NCBI GenBank assembly: GCA_964649225.1
Contig: CAZYPO010000002.1
Location: forward strand, 48,384 to 102,671
From: an uncultured Gemmatimonas sp.
GTDB lineage: Bacteria > Gemmatimonadota > Gemmatimonadetes > Gemmatimonadales > GWC2-71-9
Reading direction: 5' to 3'
DNA: 54,288 bases
The notes below the pieces were generated by a model. That model worked only from the letters and a program-made list of their open reading frames with translations. It did no database searches and was not told where the DNA came from. The first letter of the stretch is position 1. Every line of letters begins with the position of its first letter. A program made the position numbers and the translations under genes. Shown here piece by piece: positions 23,840-34,119 of the stretch.

Positions 23840-24166
23840 ATGGCATCTCATCTCGGCGAGTTCGAGCAGTTGGTGTTGCTGGCCCTGCTGCGCCTGGGCC
23901 ACGCGGGCTATGGCGTGACGGTGCGGGAGGAGCTGCAGCGCCGCGCCGACCGCGGCGTGAGCCTGGGCACCGTCTACAAGACCTTGCTCCGGCTCGAGGC
24001 CAAGGGCTTGGTCGCCGCCCATATCGGAGCGCCTACACCGGAGCGCGGCGGCCGCCGCAAGAAGCACTACGCGATCACCCCTCCCGGCCGCCGGGCCCTC
24101 CTGCGCTCCCTGGCGGCCCTGCGAAAGCTCAGCCGCGGCCTCGCCCCACTCTGGGAAGCGCCATGA
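23840..24166 (+). CDS. PadR-family transcriptional regulator
   Basis: LGEFEQLVLLALLRL...GTVYKTLLRLEAKGLV...GGRRKKHYAIT. Alternative ATG at 23831; overlaps the permease start (ATGA). Confidence 0.9.
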   Translation: MASHLGEFEQLVLLALLRLGHAGYGVTVREELQRRADRGVSLGTVYKTLLRLEAKGLVAAHIGAPTPERGGRRKKHYAITPPGRRALLRSLAALRKLSRGLAPLWEAP

Positions 24167-26760
24167 ACCCCCTTCGCTGGCTCGCCCGCCTGCTTCCACC
24201 GGGAGAGCGCGAATTCGTCCTCGGCGACCTGGAGGAAGTCTACGGCAACGCCTCCACCCTGCGGCGCGCCGCGGAACTCCTCAAGGCCGCGGCCGCGCTG
24301 CGCCGAACCCGACCCCTGGCCTCTCGTCACGGAGACCGCTTCATGCACACCCTGCTCAACGACTTCCGCTACGGCCTCCGCCAGCTGCTGCGCAGTCCCA
24401 GCTTTACCGCCCTGGCGGTGCTCACGCTGGCGCTCGGTATCGGGGCGACGACCGCCGTGTTCTCGGTGATCAATCCGGTTCTGCTGCGTCCGCTGCCCTA
24501 CCCCCACCCGGAGCGGATCGTGACGCTGTGGGAACGCGGCGAGGACGGCGGGGAGAGCAATACGGGCTATGCCACCTTCCTCGACGTGCGACAGCTCGCG
24601 ACCGCGTTCGACGGCATCGCGGTGCTGAGCTCGTGGCAACCGACCCTGCAAGGCGGCGCCGAAGCGGAACGACTCGATGGCCAGCGGGTGACCCGGGAAT
24701 TCTTCGCGGTCCTCGGGGTGCGCCCCGCGTTGGGACGCGACTTCGCTGCCGCGGAGCATGTGCGCGGGCAACACCACGTCGTGATTCTTTCCCACGGCCT
24801 GTGGCAGCGCCGCTTCGGGGGTGATCCGTCCCTGATCGGGCGCCCGGTCACCCTGAACGGCATCGCGTACACCGTGGTCGGGGTGATGCCCAAGAGCTTT
24901 GAGAGCCTGCTCGCTCCCACGGCGCAGCTGTGGGCCCCACTCGCCTACGAGACCTCCCTGCCCTGGGCGTGTCGCAGTTGCCGGCATCTCCGTATGGTCG
25001 GCCGCCTCAAGGGTGGCGCAGATGCGGCACGCGCCGGCAGGGAGCTGGACCTGATCTCGGCCCGCATGGTCGCGGAACATCCGACGGACTACCCGGCGAA
25101 GGGCATGTTCGTGGTTCCGCTCCAGACCCGGCTCACCCGCGACGTCCAGCCGGCGCTCCTGGCCGTGCTGGGCGCGGTGGGCTTCGTGCTGCTCATCGCC
25201 TGCGCCAACGTATCGAGCCTGCTGCTGGGCCGCGCGATGCAGCGCGAAAGCGAGTTCGCGATCCGGGGCGCTCTGGGAGCCGGGCGGCAGCGGGTCGTCC
25301 GGCAGCTGCTGACCGAAAGCGTCCTGCTCGGGCTGCTGGGAGGTCTGGGTGGAGTCGTGCTGGCCTGGTGGGGCGTGAAAGGCCTCGTGGCACTCGGACC
25401 CGCCAGCCTGCCGAGGTTGCAGGCGATCGGCATCGACCTCGGAGTATTGGGATTCACCGCGGCCCTCTCGGTGGCTTCGGGACTCCTCTTCGGCCTGATT
25501 CCCGCCTTCGCGACGGCGCGTCCCGATCTGTTTACCGCGCTGCGTCCCGGCGGCCGCCATACGGGACAGAAGCGCCGCCGGATGGCACGCGCGATCCTGG
25601 TGATGGGGGAGGTTGCCCTGGCACTCATGCTCCTCGTCGGTGCGGGCCTGCTGATGCGAAGCCTGCACCGCCTGTTGGACGTGGATCCTGGGTTCGAGCC
25701 GAAGCGCTTGCTCACGATGGAGGTGCAGACCACCGGCCCTCGCTACGAGGATGAGGACGCGGTTCGCGCCTTCTTCGTCCGCGCGGCGGACGCGATCCGC
25801 GCGATACCCGGCGTCGAGCAGGCCGGGTGGACGAGCCAGCTGCCTCTGGGCGGAAACTTCGACCGCTATGGGGTGGAGATCGCAGGCAAGCCCCTGCCCA
25901 ATCCCGCCAACGCGCCGTCGGCGGACCGTTACGCGGTCTCGCCGGGCTATCTCGAGGCAATGCGGATTCCCCTCAAGCGCGGACGGACGATCACCGCGGA
26001 CGACGCGCGGGGCCGGCCCGGGATCGTGCTCATCAACGAAGCCTTCGCGAAGCAGGACTGGCCGGGCGGTGACGCCCTCGGCGCGCGGATCCAGCTGGGC
26101 GGACCCGGCGCCCCGTGGCGGACGGTGGTCGGCATCGTGGGCGACGTGCGCCACGTCAGCCTCGACGAGCGGCAAGCGCCCCAGGTCTACCTCCCCGAGG
26201 CGCAATGGCTCGGCGCCGACGGTGCGATGGTGCTCACGGCGCGCACCAGGGGCGAGCCCGCCGGGATGGCGGCCGCGGTGCGCGAGGCCATCCGCTCGGT
26301 CGATCGCGAACTGCCGATCCTGCACCTGGCCACGATGGAGGCAGTCGTCGCGAATACGGCCGACCAGCGGCGGTTTGCCTTCGTGCTGTTCGAGGGGTTT
26401 GCCCTGGTGGCGCTCCTCCTCGCCGCCGCCGGTATCTACGGTGTGCTGGCGGGCAATGTCACCGCCCGCACCCGCGAGATCGGCATCCGCTCCGCGCTGG
26501 GCGCCTCGCGCGGCGGGCTGCTCAAGCTGGTGATCCGGCAGGGGCTGGCGCTGACGGTCGCGGGGATGACGGCGGGACTCGTGGGGGCCCTGCTGTTGAC
26601 GCGATTCCTGCGCGGCCTGCTCTTCGGAGTCGGGGCGCAGGACCCGCTGACCTTCCTCGGGGTGGTTGCTGTGCTGGCGGTGGTCGCGCTGGCGGCCTGC
26701 CTTGCCCCCGCGCTGCGGGCGACGCGGGTTAGCCCGCTCGAGGCGCTGCGGTCGGAGTGA
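24163..26760 (+). CDS. duplicated MacB/FtsX-type ABC permease without ATPase (ADOP-like)
   Basis: DFRYGLRQLLRSPSFT, LALGIGATT, LLIACANV, RESEFAIRGALGAGR, GIYGVL...RTREIGIRSALGA, C-terminal RATRVSPLEALRSE. Confidence 0.9.
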   Translation: MNPLRWLARLLPPGEREFVLGDLEEVYGNASTLRRAAELLKAAAALRRTRPLASRHGDRFMHTLLNDFRYGLRQLLRSPSFTALAVLTLALGIGATTAVFSVINPVLLRPLPYPHPERIVTLWERGEDGGESNTGYATFLDVRQLATAFDGIAVLSSWQPTLQGGAEAERLDGQRVTREFFAVLGVRPALGRDFAAAEHVRGQHHVVILSHGLWQRRFGGDPSLIGRPVTLNGIAYTVVGVMPKSFESLLAPTAQLWAPLAYETSLPWACRSCRHLRMVGRLKGGADAARAGRELDLISARMVAEHPTDYPAKGMFVVPLQTRLTRDVQPALLAVLGAVGFVLLIACANVSSLLLGRAMQRESEFAIRGALGAGRQRVVRQLLTESVLLGLLGGLGGVVLAWWGVKGLVALGPASLPRLQAIGIDLGVLGFTAALSVASGLLFGLIPAFATARPDLFTALRPGGRHTGQKRRRMARAILVMGEVALALMLLVGAGLLMRSLHRLLDVDPGFEPKRLLTMEVQTTGPRYEDEDAVRAFFVRAADAIRAIPGVEQAGWTSQLPLGGNFDRYGVEIAGKPLPNPANAPSADRYAVSPGYLEAMRIPLKRGRTITADDARGRPGIVLINEAFAKQDWPGGDALGARIQLGGPGAPWRTVVGIVGDVRHVSLDERQAPQVYLPEAQWLGADGAMVLTARTRGEPAGMAAAVREAIRSVDRELPILHLATMEAVVANTADQRRFAFVLFEGFALVALLLAAAGIYGVLAGNVTARTREIGIRSALGASRGGLLKLVIRQGLALTVAGMTAGLVGALLLTRFLRGLLFGVGAQDPLTFLGVVAVLAVVALAACLAPALRATRVSPLEALRSE

Positions 26761-26787
26761 GCGTTCCCAATGCACTTCTGACCTGGC

Positions 26788-26828
26788 GACGGTGAGAACG
26801 GCCTCCATCCTCACCGTCCCCACCGTCC
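26788..26828. repeat. CTCACCGTC nonamer hairpin plus tandem copy between convergent genes
   Basis: GACGGTGAG(26788-96)...CTCACCGTC(26810-18) followed by CCCACCGTCC. It could act as a bidirectional terminator. Confidence 0.7.
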
Positions 26829-26831
26829 GCC

Positions 26832-28202
26832 CTACATCAACCCCAGCCCCCTGCGAATATCGTTCGAGAACGCGAGCACCATCAGCAGCGCGATCAGGAT
26901 CAGTCCCACGAAGGTGAGCCGCTCGCGCAACTTGGGCGAAAGCGGGCGCCGCAGCACCGCCTCGCCGATCAGGAAGAGGAATTGCCCGCCGTCGAGCACC
27001 GGGATCGGGAGCATGTTCAGCACGGCGAGGTTCACCGAGATCGTTGCCATGAACGCCAGGAACGCCGTGATGCCGAGCTGTGCGGACTGCCCGGCGGCGA
27101 TTCCGATGGCGATCGGGCCGCCGATCCCCCGAGTGGAAACCCTTCCGCTGAACATCCCGCGCACCAGACGGACGATCTGGGTGGACACCGCCAGGGTCTG
27201 CCGACCGCCGGTGATCGCGGCCTGGCCCAGCGTGAGCGGCCGGTGGTTTGTGGGCACCGCGGGCCCCAGGCGCAGTTTGCCTACTTTGTGGATCCCGGTG
27301 CTGTCCTTCACCATCTCGGTCAGGGTGTGGGCGACCAGCTCTTTCCGGCCCTCCGGCCGCCCGACCCGGAGCGTCAGGTCCTGATCGGGCCTCGACTCGA
27401 CCAGGGGAATCACGTCAAGCCATTGCCTGACCGGCTGTCCCGCCACGCTGATCAGCGTATCGCCCGAGCGCACCCCTGCGCGCGCCGCGGGGCCGCCCGG
27501 AACCACCTCGCCCATGATCGGGGTGATGAACGGCTGCAGCGCCTGCACGGCCGCCAACCGGGCTTCCAGGGCGTCACGATGCAGCCGGACGGTGAGATCC
27601 GGCCTGCCCTCGACCTCGAGGCGGAACGAATCCGCCGAGGTGGAGAGGAAGGTTTCCTGGATGTCGTCCCAGGAGGCCACCGGCCGCCCGGAGATCCGGA
27701 CGATGCGATCCCCCGGTGAGAGCCTGGCCAGCTCCTCCGCGCCCGCCGGCAGCGTCGGCGCCACAGCGCCGACCCGGGTGATCGGCACGACCGTTCGTCC
27801 GTTGACGAAATTGAGCCCGGAAAAGACCAGCCACGCGAAGAGCGTGTTCATCGTGACGCCGGCCAGGATCACGATGATCCGGACCCACACCGGCTTCGCT
27901 TCAAAGACGCGATCGGCTGGGACGCTCGCGCTGGCCGGGCCGCCCTCCAGCGTCGAGGAAGCGGGATCCTCCTCCCGGCTCGCCATTTTCACGTAGCCCC
28001 CGATCGGGAGCCAGGAGACCGCGTACTCGGTTTCCCCCCGCCGCCAGGTCAGCGCCCGCACCGGCTTGCCCATGCCGAGCGAAAAGCGGTGCACGTAAAT
28101 GCCCGCGGCCTTGGCCGCGAGGAAGTGCCCCAGCTCGTGCACGAAGATGAGCACACCGAGCACCACGATCAGGGCGAGGATGTTCAGCAAGACACCGCTC
28201 AC
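26832..28202 (-). CDS. rseP: RIP metalloprotease RseP
   Basis: HELGH, LPIGGYVKM, LAGVTMN, two PDZ-like regions, NMLPIPVLDGG. Confidence 0.94.
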   Translation of the reverse strand: MSGVLLNILALIVVLGVLIFVHELGHFLAAKAAGIYVHRFSLGMGKPVRALTWRRGETEYAVSWLPIGGYVKMASREEDPASSTLEGGPASASVPADRVFEAKPVWVRIIVILAGVTMNTLFAWLVFSGLNFVNGRTVVPITRVGAVAPTLPAGAEELARLSPGDRIVRISGRPVASWDDIQETFLSTSADSFRLEVEGRPDLTVRLHRDALEARLAAVQALQPFITPIMGEVVPGGPAARAGVRSGDTLISVAGQPVRQWLDVIPLVESRPDQDLTLRVGRPEGRKELVAHTLTEMVKDSTGIHKVGKLRLGPAVPTNHRPLTLGQAAITGGRQTLAVSTQIVRLVRGMFSGRVSTRGIGGPIAIGIAAGQSAQLGITAFLAFMATISVNLAVLNMLPIPVLDGGQFLFLIGEAVLRRPLSPKLRERLTFVGLILIALLMVLAFSNDIRRGLGLM

Positions 28203-29293
28203 GCCGCCAGCCTTTCCGCCACGGCCCGCGCCGCCCGGTCCGCCGCCTGGACCGCTTCGAGCGAGCTCGCGGCGGTCACTTCGTGCTGCTCCAGCGTCTG
28301 CTCGATCACTTCGGAGATCCGCCCGAAGGAAATCCGCCCGGCGAGGAATGCGGCCACCGCGACCTCATTGGCCCCGTTGAACGCCGCGGGCGCCGTGCCG
28401 CCGGCCCGCCCCGCGTCGACCCCCGCGCGGAAAGCCCGGAAGACCTCGTGCCGCAGCGGCTCGAAGGTGAGCGCTCCGGCCGCCACCGGGTCGAAGGCGC
28501 GGGCCGCTCCGTCCTCCAGCCGCTCCGGATGGGTCAGCGCGTACAGAATCGGCAGCTCCATGGAAGGAAACCCCAGTTGTCCCAGCACGCTGCCGTCGCT
28601 GAATTCTACCAGCGCGTGCACGATGCTCTGCGGGTGTACCACCACCTCGACTTGGTCGTAGCCAAACCCGAAGAGATGATGGGCCTCGATCACTTCCATC
28701 GCCTTGTTGGCGAGCGTCGCGCTGTCGACGCTGATCTTGTTCCCCATGCGCCAGGTCGGGTGATTGAGCGCCTCGGCGACGCTCGCCTGCCGCAGTCGCT
28801 CGGGCTCCCAATCCCGGAAGGGGCCCCCGGAGGCCGTGAGAATCAGCCGGCGGAACGCGCGCTCCCTTCCCGTGATGCACTGCAGCACGGCGCTGTGCTC
28901 CGAGTCCACCGGCACCAGTTCGCCTCCGCCCTCCAGGGCCGCGGCTCGGACCAGCTCGCCCGCCACCACCAGGGATTCCTTGTTGGCCAGCGCGACGCGC
29001 TTCCCGGCGCGCAGCGCCGCGAGCGTGGCCGCGAGCCCGGCAAATCCCACCACGGCGTTCACCACGATCTGCGCGTCGGGGTGCGTCGCCGCTTCGAGCA
29101 GGCATGCCGGCCCGATGCCGCTGACCAGCCCCGCAAAGCCGGGCTGCCACTCCGCGATCTGCTCCGCCAGCAGCGTCGCGTTGGACCCCGCCGTGAGCGC
29201 GACCAGGCGGAAGCGATCGGGATGCCGGCGCAACACGTTGAGCGTGCTGGTGCCGATGGATCCGGTCGAGCCCAGCACCACCACGCCTTGCAT
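28199..29293 (-). CDS. dxr: 1-deoxy-D-xylulose-5-phosphate reductoisomerase
   Basis: LGSTGSIG, LANKESLV, PVDSEH, LTASGGPFR, HPTWRMGNKISVDSAT, HPQSIVH. Real start is ATG 29293. Confidence 0.95.
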   Translation of the reverse strand: MQGVVVLGSTGSIGTSTLNVLRRHPDRFRLVALTAGSNATLLAEQIAEWQPGFAGLVSGIGPACLLEAATHPDAQIVVNAVVGFAGLAATLAALRAGKRVALANKESLVVAGELVRAAALEGGGELVPVDSEHSAVLQCITGRERAFRRLILTASGGPFRDWEPERLRQASVAEALNHPTWRMGNKISVDSATLANKAMEVIEAHHLFGFGYDQVEVVVHPQSIVHALVEFSDGSVLGQLGFPSMELPILYALTHPERLEDGAARAFDPVAAGALTFEPLRHEVFRAFRAGVDAGRAGGTAPAAFNGANEVAVAAFLAGRISFGRISEVIEQTLEQHEVTAASSLEAVQAADRAARAVAERLAA

Positions 29294-29295
29294 GT

Positions 29296-30201
29296 TCAGA
29301 GCACTCCGAAGGCCCGATACAGCACCGCGGCCACCGGCAGCACGAAATAGAGGGAATCGAAGCGATCGAGCACGCCGCCGTGTCCGGGAATGAGCGCGCT
29401 CGAGTCCTTCACCCCGGCCTCGCGTTTGAACAGCGACTCGGCCAGGTCCCCGACCTGGGCCACGATCGAGATAACGAGCCCCATGACGGCCGCCTGCACC
29501 AGCGGGATCGGCTTCCCAACCGGCGCCAGGACAAGCGGGACGTATGCGATCGCGGCAATGACCCCACCGACCACACCGGCGGCACTGCCCGACTGGGTCT
29601 TCCCCGGGCTCACCGAGGGCCACAGCTTGGGACCACCGAACGCCTTGCCGCCCCACATCGCGAAGCTGTCGCAGATCCACGTGACGGCCAGCGGAAACAG
29701 CACCAGCCAGGTCGCGCCCCAGGAGCGATCCGGGCCGGCGCTGAACCGGATCAGCAGCACTGCCGACGGCAACAGCCCGCAATACGCCGGGCCCAGCAGA
29801 GTCAGCCCCGCGGCGCCCAGCGGGTGGTCCTCCGGCCGGCGCCGCAGCAGGACCGCGGTGAGCACGACGATGGGAATCAGGATGGCCGCCAGCGGCCACG
29901 GCACCCAGAGCCAGACCGGAGCCAGCAGGCCCGCCACGAACGACTCGAGCGGGTTCAACCGCTCCGTCAAGGGGCCCGCGACCGCCCAGGTCACCAACGG
30001 AGTCAGCACCGCGAACAGGATCCCGAGCCCGCGGAGGGGCCGTACCCCGGTCGGCGCCGCGAGGTCGAAGAGCTCGCGAGTGCCCAGTGCCGCGAGGAGG
30101 CAGACCAGCAGCACCAGCACCAGGCCACCATACCACACCCCGGCCACCGCGAGGGGAATTCCGATCGCGGCCACGACCACGCGCTGAACCTGGTTGCTCA
30201 C
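29296..30201 (-). CDS. cdsA: phosphatidate cytidylyltransferase
   Basis: WICDSFA, PSVSPGKT, GDLAESLFKREAGVKDSSALIPGHGGVLDRFDS. GTG start overlaps the uppS stop. Confidence 0.93.
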   Translation of the reverse strand: MSNQVQRVVVAAIGIPLAVAGVWYGGLVLVLLVCLLAALGTRELFDLAAPTGVRPLRGLGILFAVLTPLVTWAVAGPLTERLNPLESFVAGLLAPVWLWVPWPLAAILIPIVVLTAVLLRRRPEDHPLGAAGLTLLGPAYCGLLPSAVLLIRFSAGPDRSWGATWLVLFPLAVTWICDSFAMWGGKAFGGPKLWPSVSPGKTQSGSAAGVVGGVIAAIAYVPLVLAPVGKPIPLVQAAVMGLVISIVAQVGDLAESLFKREAGVKDSSALIPGHGGVLDRFDSLYFVLPVAAVLYRAFGVL

Positions 30202-30953
30202 GAAGGCGTCGAGACGCGTCCGAACCGCCGGTCCCGCCGCTGAAAATCGAGGATCGCTTCGAAGAGATGCCGCCGGGTGAAGTCCGGCCACAGCACCGCC
30301 ATCACATGGAACTCGGCGTAGGCAAGCTGCCAGAGCAGAAAATTGGAGATCCGGTGTTCTCCCGAGGTGCGGATCAAGAGGTCGGGGTCGGGCGTCCCCG
30401 CCGTGTAGAGCCGTCGGGCAAACCCCGCTTCGTCGATCTCCGCAGGGCTCAGCCGTCCGGCGGCCACCTCTTCCGCCAGCAGCCGGGCGGCGCGGGTCAG
30501 CTCGGCGCGGGAGCCATAGGATAGACAGATGTTGAGCGTGAGGCTGGTACCGGCCGCGGTCTCCGTTTCGATCGCTTCCACGGCGGCGCGCGCGGGCGGA
30601 GTCAGCCGGTCCAGCTCGCCGAGGACTCGTACGTTGACCCCCTGTCCCCTGAGCTCTGACCCCTCCTTTTCCACGTACTCTACCAGCAGGGCCATCAGCG
30701 CGTCGATCTCTTCGGTCGGCCGCTGCCAGTTTTCCTGGCTGAAGGCGAACAGCGTCAGGACTTCGACGCCCGCCTGCCGGCAGCCCTCGACGCACTCGCG
30801 CACCGCGGTCATGCCGGCCTGATGCCCCGCCGAGCGCGGCAGCCCGCGCTGGCGCGCCCAGCGCCCATTGCCGTCCATGATGACGGCGACGTGCGCCGGC
30901 ACGCCGCCGTTGATCCGGATGCGGCCCAGCAGCTCTTCCGCGGCGCTGGTCAC
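30198..30953 (-). CDS. uppS: undecaprenyl diphosphate synthase
   Basis: HVAVIMDGNGRWA, FSQENWQRP, PDLLIRTSGEHRISNFLLWQ. Confidence 0.96.
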   Translation of the reverse strand: MTSAAEELLGRIRINGGVPAHVAVIMDGNGRWARQRGLPRSAGHQAGMTAVRECVEGCRQAGVEVLTLFAFSQENWQRPTEEIDALMALLVEYVEKEGSELRGQGVNVRVLGELDRLTPPARAAVEAIETETAAGTSLTLNICLSYGSRAELTRAARLLAEEVAAGRLSPAEIDEAGFARRLYTAGTPDPDLLIRTSGEHRISNFLLWQLAYAEFHVMAVLWPDFTRRHLFEAILDFQRRDRRFGRVSTPS

Positions 30954-31513
30954 ACCTCCATGATCTCCGCTTCTTTGGCGTGGATCAGTCCGTCGATCTG
31001 CTTGATGTGCTCGTCGTGCGCCTTCTGCACTTCCTTCTCCGCCCTCGTCTTCTCATCCTCGGAAACGTGCTCCACCTTCTTGATCTTGTGCAGCGCGTCG
31101 GTGCGCCCATGCCGCACCGCGACCCGCCCTTCTTCCGCGAGCTTGTGCACCACCTTGACCAGGTCCTTCCGCCGCTCTTCGGAGAGCGGCGGCAACGGGA
31201 TCCGGATCAGGTTTCCCGCCGTCGACGGGTTGAGCCCGAGGTCCGATTCCCGGATGGCCTTGTCGATGGCCTGGCTCAGCCCCTTGTCGAAGGGCTGCAC
31301 CGTGAGCAGACGCGGCTCCGGCGCCGCCACCAGTCCCACCTGGTTGAGCGGAACGTGATTCCCGTAGGCGTCGACCCGGATGGTGTCCAGCAGCGCGGTG
31401 GTGGCCTTGTTGCTGCGCAGGCCCGACAGCTCGCGTTTGGTGCTGTCCACGGCCTTGTGCATGTGCTCGCGGGCCTGCTTGACGATATCTGGGATGCTGG
31501 CGGCAGCGCTCAT
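30950..31513 (-). CDS. frr: ribosome recycling factor
   Basis: [42 protein letters not shown]. Confidence 0.96.
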   Translation of the reverse strand: MSAAASIPDIVKQAREHMHKAVDSTKRELSGLRSNKATTALLDTIRVDAYGNHVPLNQVGLVAAPEPRLLTVQPFDKGLSQAIDKAIRESDLGLNPSTAGNLIRIPLPPLSEERRKDLVKVVHKLAEEGRVAVRHGRTDALHKIKKVEHVSEDEKTRAEKEVQKAHDEHIKQIDGLIHAKEAEIMEV

Positions 31514-32220
31514 CGGACGATCGTCCCCACCCGTTCGCCCGCGAGCACGCGCCCGATGGCGCCCGGCTGATTGATGTTGAACACCACGATCGGTAATTGG
31601 TTTTCTTTACAGAGCCCGAACGCATTGGCGTCCATCACGGCGTACCCTTTAACCAACGCTTCCTGGAACGAAACCTCCGGGATGAATTGCGCCGCCTTGT
31701 CGCGCTTGGGGTCGCCGGTGTACACGCCGTCCACACTGGTTGCTTTGAGAATAACCTCGGCTTCCATCTCCAGGGCTCGAAGCACCGCCGCGGTGTCGGT
31801 CGAAAAGAAGGGGTTGCCGGTGCCGCCCGCGAAGATCACCAGGCGGCCCTTCTCCAGATGCCGCACCGCCCGGCGCCGGATGTAGGGCTCCGCCAGCGAT
31901 TCCATGCGGATCGCCGTGAGCACCCTGGTCTGAACGCCAATGCGCTCCAGGATATCCTGGAGCGCGAGGGCGTTGATGATCGTGGCGAGCATCCCCATGT
32001 AATCCGCGGAGACGCGATCGAGTCCTTCCGCACTGGCGGCCGAGCCGCGGACGATGTTGCCGCCGCCCACCACCAGCCCGAGGTGAATCCCCTGGCCATG
32101 CACCTCTTTGATCTGCTGGGCCAGCGACTCCACCACCCCGTAGTCGAGGCCCACGCCGCGAGCTCCGGCCAGGGCCTCACCGGAGATCTTGAGCAGCGCG
32201 CGGCGGTAGGCCAGTGCCAT
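31510..32220 (-). CDS. pyrH: uridylate kinase
   Basis: [48 protein letters not shown]. Confidence 0.96.
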   Translation of the reverse strand: MALAYRRALLKISGEALAGARGVGLDYGVVESLAQQIKEVHGQGIHLGLVVGGGNIVRGSAASAEGLDRVSADYMGMLATIINALALQDILERIGVQTRVLTAIRMESLAEPYIRRRAVRHLEKGRLVIFAGGTGNPFFSTDTAAVLRALEMEAEVILKATSVDGVYTGDPKRDKAAQFIPEVSFQEALVKGYAVMDANAFGLCKENQLPIVVFNINQPGAIGRVLAGERVGTIVR

Positions 32221-32221
32221 C

Positions 32222-33094
32222 TCAGGCCTCGCCGACCTTGAAGCGGGCAAACCGCTTCACCGTCACGGCCCCGCCCAAGCTCTTGGCGGCCTCCGCGACC
32301 AGGGCGCCGATCGGCTTGGCTTCATCCTTCACGAACCGCTGGCCCAGCAGGGTTCGCTCCGCCACAAACTTGCGCAGCTTGCCCTCGACGATCTTGGCCC
32401 GGATCTGCTCCGGCTTGCCCTCCGCCGTGACCTGCTCCTCGGCGATGCGGCGCTCCCGCTCCAGGGTTTCGCCAGGAATGTCGGCGTCGCTGATCCCGAT
32501 CGGATCAGCCGACGCGATGTGCAGCGCCAGCTCGCGGCCCAGCGCATCGAGCGCCTCGCCGGAGGGACCCTCGAGCTCGATGAGCGCCCCCACCTGTCCA
32601 TTATGATGCAGGTACCCCTGCACGCTGCCGTTTTCCTGCCGGAAATGGGCGACCCGCTTGAGCGCCATGGCCTCGCCGGTGGTGCCCGCAAACTGCTTCA
32701 CGACCTCGGCGACGGTCTTGTCGCCGAACGGCTGTGCGTCGAGCACGCTGCCCGGATGCACTCCGAGCGGTGCGTGCACCGCCGTGTGGACGCCGAGCTC
32801 CCGGGCCAGCCGCACAAAGCCTTCGGTCCGCGCCACGAAATCGGTCTCGCAGTCCAGCTCGACCATCGCGAGGTCGGTCCCCAGGTTCTCGGCCGAGATG
32901 ACCACCAGGCCCTGCGAGGCGGTCCGGCCGCCGCGCGTCTCCGCCTTGGCGATCCCCTTCTTGCGGAGGATCTCCGCGGCGCGGTCCAGGTCACCCCCGG
33001 CCTCCTCGAGCGCCGCTTTGCAATCCATCATCCCCGCGCTGGTCCGGGCGCGGAGCTCGCTGATCTGCTTCGGTGTAATCGACATCGTCGTCAT
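32222..33094 (-). CDS. tsf: elongation factor Ts
   Basis: [51 protein letters not shown]. Confidence 0.96.
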   Translation of the reverse strand: MTTMSITPKQISELRARTSAGMMDCKAALEEAGGDLDRAAEILRKKGIAKAETRGGRTASQGLVVISAENLGTDLAMVELDCETDFVARTEGFVRLARELGVHTAVHAPLGVHPGSVLDAQPFGDKTVAEVVKQFAGTTGEAMALKRVAHFRQENGSVQGYLHHNGQVGALIELEGPSGEALDALGRELALHIASADPIGISDADIPGETLERERRIAEEQVTAEGKPEQIRAKIVEGKLRKFVAERTLLGQRFVKDEAKPIGALVAEAAKSLGGAVTVKRFARFKVGEA

Positions 33095-33207
33095 GGGTTC
33101 GCTCTTCGGGTAAAGGTCGTACCGTCTTACCGTCCTAAAGAAACGCCGCGCACAGCCGAGAGGGCCATGGCGCGGCGGGTGGCGACCGGCTCGGGAACTT
33201 ACCCGGC

Positions 33208-34098
33208 TCAGGCGCTCGCCTCGCCGGCCGGCGTCGGCGCCGGCTCGCTGGCCTCCCCTTCGTGCTTCAGGCGCGCGGCGATGGCTTCGGGCTTCGGCCG
33301 CCGCTTCCGTCCGCCGGTGCGGCGCCGGCGACGATCGCCCTCGGTATCGCCTTCGCTGCCGCCGTCGGTACTGTACGTCTCGGCATCGTCGTGCTCGGCC
33401 GCCTCACGCACCGGGACCTGCTGCCGGGCTTCCCTGATCACGTCGCACAGCGCCTTGGTGATCAGCCCGACCGACCGGATCGCGTCGTCGTTGCCGGGAA
33501 TCGGCACCGTGATGACGTCGGGGTCCGCATTGGTGTCGACGATGGCCACCACCGGAATGCCCAGCTTGTTGGCCTCCAGGATGGCAATCCGCTCCTTCTT
33601 GGCGTCGACCACAAAGAGCGCCCCGGGCAGCCGGCTCATGTGCTTCAACCCTTCGAGGTTGCGGGACAGCTTCACCCGCTCCCGCTCGAAGAGCAGCTTT
33701 TCCTTCTTGGTGTAGCTGTCGAACTCGCCCTCCGTGCTTCCCTGCTCCAGATCCCGCAGCCGGCGAATCTGCTTCTTGATGGTGGAGAAATTCGTCAGCG
33801 TTCCCCCCAGCCAGCGCTCCGTGACGTAGTGGCACACGGCGTTCTGCGCGTCGCTCTGCACCAGCGCCTTGAGCTGCTTCTTGGTGCAGACGAAGAGGAC
33901 GTTGTCTCCCTTCAGCACCACCCCCCGCAACAGCTCCTGCGCCTTGTGGATCTGGCCCAGCGTCTTCTGGAGATCGATGATGTAGATCCCGGAACGCTCG
34001 GCGAAGATGAACCGGCGCATCTTGGGATTCCAGCGCCGGGTCTGGTGCCCGAAGTGAACGCCCGCCTCGAGGAGGTCCTGCACCTGGGGTTGATCCAT
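33208..34098 (-). CDS. rpsB: 30S ribosomal protein S2 with a low-complexity C-terminal tail
   Basis: LLEAGVHFGHQTRRWNPKM, RWLGGTLTNF, IPGNDDAIRS. Start placed at ATG 34098. Confidence 0.96.
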   Translation of the reverse strand: MDQPQVQDLLEAGVHFGHQTRRWNPKMRRFIFAERSGIYIIDLQKTLGQIHKAQELLRGVVLKGDNVLFVCTKKQLKALVQSDAQNAVCHYVTERWLGGTLTNFSTIKKQIRRLRDLEQGSTEGEFDSYTKKEKLLFERERVKLSRNLEGLKHMSRLPGALFVVDAKKERIAILEANKLGIPVVAIVDTNADPDVITVPIPGNDDAIRSVGLITKALCDVIREARQQVPVREAAEHDDAETYSTDGGSEGDTEGDRRRRRTGGRKRRPKPEAIAARLKHEGEASEPAPTPAGEASA

Positions 34099-34119
34099 GC
34101 GACTGCCGTGTGTCCTTCC

